A stretch of DNA of 64,000 bases from a bacterium. GTDB taxonomy: Bacteria > Patescibacteriota > Microgenomatia > Levybacterales > UBA12049. Within the stretch, counting starts at the first letter, position 1, and each line of letters opens with the position of its first letter. Shown here one piece after another: positions 62,571-64,000 of this stretch. The translations under genes were made by a program, and so were the position numbers. The stretch lies in assembly GCA_021777565.1 (NCBI GenBank), contig JAJYDJ010000001.1, positions 160,142 through 224,141 of the forward strand, in the 5' to 3' direction. Below the pieces are notes generated by a model, which saw nothing but the letters and a program-made list of their open reading frames with translations, was not told the DNA's origin and ran no database searches.

Positions 62571-63792
62571 AGCCGGGAAGGTTATTTACGTCGGCAAAGC
62601 AAAGCAGTTAAAAAATAGAGTTTCTTCTTATTTTCAAAGTCCCACGCGCTTAACGGGTAAAACAGCTCTGCTTGTTCCACAGATCGCAACGATTGAAGTC
62701 TATGTCGTGGAGTCAGAACTAGAAGCGCTGCTTCTGGAAGCGCGATTTATCAAGAAATACAATCCAAAATATAACATCATGCTCAAAGACGGAAAAGCAT
62801 ATGTTCTTATTCGGGTCACAAAAGGAGAAACTTATCCAGCAGTTGTCACTGCAAGGAAAATGGATGATAAAAAGTCAGTCTATTTTGGACCATTTCCCAG
62901 TAGTACGGCAGTCAGAGAAGTTCTGCGGACACTGAGAAGAATATTCCCATTCCAGTCAGTCCTGCACCATGATCGAAGGCCATGTCTGTATCATCATTTA
63001 GGTTTATGCCCATGTGTGAGCGCATTCCCCAATACACTCCCTGCCTATAAAAAGACGATCAGTCATCTTATTAAATTTCTTGGTGGGCATACCAAACAGG
63101 TAGTGAAAGATTTGGAAAAAGAAAGAAATGTAGCAAGCAAACAAGAGGATTTTGAATTGGCGGCCAAACTGCAAAAACAAATTGACGCGATTGCGTACGT
63201 GACGCATCCTATGCATCAGGCATTTGAGTATGAAACAAATCCTCATCTCGTAGATGACCTGCGTACTCAGGAGATGGAGGCATTGCAGCAGGTATTGAAC
63301 GGACATGGGGTGCCAATCGGGCTTCCAAAACGTATTGAGTGTTATGACATTTCTAACTTTCAAAGTTCCTACCCAGTGGGTTCGATGACGGTTCTGACGA
63401 ATGGAACTATTGATAAAAGTCAGTATCGTAAATTTAAAATGCATAGTACCGGCCCAAATGATTTTGGTATGCATGCTGAGATGATGCAAAGGCGTCTCAA
63501 ACATGATGAATGGCCACTCCCTGATCTTTTTGTGATCGATGGAGGCAAAGGCCAGGTAAGTGCCGTACGAGAAGTAATTGAACAGGATCCACGATTTGTG
63601 GGAAAGCCATTACCAATGATTGGACTGGCTAAACGTGAAGAGACTATGGTCACGCCAGATCTAGAAGAAATACATATTCCTAAAAGTAGTCCCGCGCTGC
63701 AGCTGGTGATGCGTATTCGCGACGAAGCGCACAGATTTGGGATTACCTTTCACAGAAAACTTCGATCCAAAGGATTTTTGCCACAACAATGA
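62533..63792 (+). CDS. uvrC: excinuclease ABC subunit C
   Basis: GIY-YIG ([30 protein letters not shown]), UvrBC-interaction region and RNase H-like domain. The start is uncertain: TTG at 62533 is proposed; the track ORF starts 114 nt earlier inside the upstream gene. Confidence 0.88.
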   Translation: [419 protein letters not shown]

Positions 63793-63795
63793 GAA

Positions 63796-64000
63796 TTATT
63801 TTCTTGTAATCGTGTAGCTGAAAGGGAAATAAAGGAATGCAGCTGGTGGATCATCCGTGAGATATTTTTGAAAATCAGTATAGTATTTTTTACGCTCTGT
63901 CTCATCAGTCGTTTTACTCCGTCCATTCTCGAGAAGTAAATCGATACGAGGACTATTATACCTAGTAATGTTGTTATCCTCGTTGGAGTGCCAGAGTGTA
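63796..64000 (-). CDS. C-terminal end of an SBP-family-5 (oligopeptide ABC substrate-binding)-like protein; gene continues beyond the window end
   Basis: Minus-strand frame gives ...SPRIDLLLENGRSKTTDETERKKYYTDFQKYLTDDPPAAFLYFPFSYTITRK*, resembling OppA/DppA C-termini; convergent with uvrC. Confidence 0.35.
   Translation of the reverse strand, partial: TLWHSNEDNNITRYNSPRIDLLLENGRSKTTDETERKKYYTDFQKYLTDDPPAAFLYFPFSYTITRK

Overview
This 64-kb window reads as a gene-dense chromosomal core region of a small-genome bacterium, about 45-48% GC with the standard genetic code. Three things point to the Candidate Phyla Radiation and fit a Saccharibacteria (TM7)-like organism: (1) a compact, primer-divergent 16S rRNA gene of about 1463 nt that, as I recall it, carries the TM7-905 probe target 'TAAAACATAAAGGAATTGACGG'; (2) minimal translation factors (a 150-aa EF-Ts, no pyrH between tsf and frr); (3) many membrane-anchored surface proteins. 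I found no integrase, transposase, phage block or CRISPR array.

Features that can be supported from sequence:
- RNA genes: one 16S rRNA gene with a strong sigma70-type promoter and a boxA-like leader element, but no 23S, 5S or spacer tRNAs after it. tRNA-Cys(GCA), tRNA-Ile(GAU), tRNA-His(GUG) and tRNA-Leu(CAA).
- Housekeeping genes: hisS (partial), dnaB, glyA, metK, rpsB-tsf-frr, rseP, the oxidative pentose-phosphate genes pgl-zwf-gnd, archaeal-type proS, rpsU, ybeY, dnaX-ybaB-recR, cysS, efp, rluA-family, a complete F-type ATP synthase operon (atpBEFHAGDC), nudix, dus, uvrA and uvrC.
- Cell envelope: two GT2 and two GT-C glycosyltransferases, Pro/Thr-rich surface proteins, and a CHAP / zincin / Ig-like surface-hydrolase operon on the minus strand just upstream of the 16S gene.

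Observations most worth follow-up:
(a) The three-gene surface-hydrolase operon in which two different catalytic domains share an almost identical ~70-residue N-terminal anchor module.
(b) A T-box leader with its terminator upstream of proS, and a SAM-I-like riboswitch upstream of metK.
(c) An unlinked 16S gene, with the tRNA-Ile normally found in the rRNA spacer sitting about 5 kb away.
(d) A putative lipid-linked glycosylation module.

All coordinates were counted by eye and may be off by 1-2 nt. All homology calls rest on motif recognition, not database searches.
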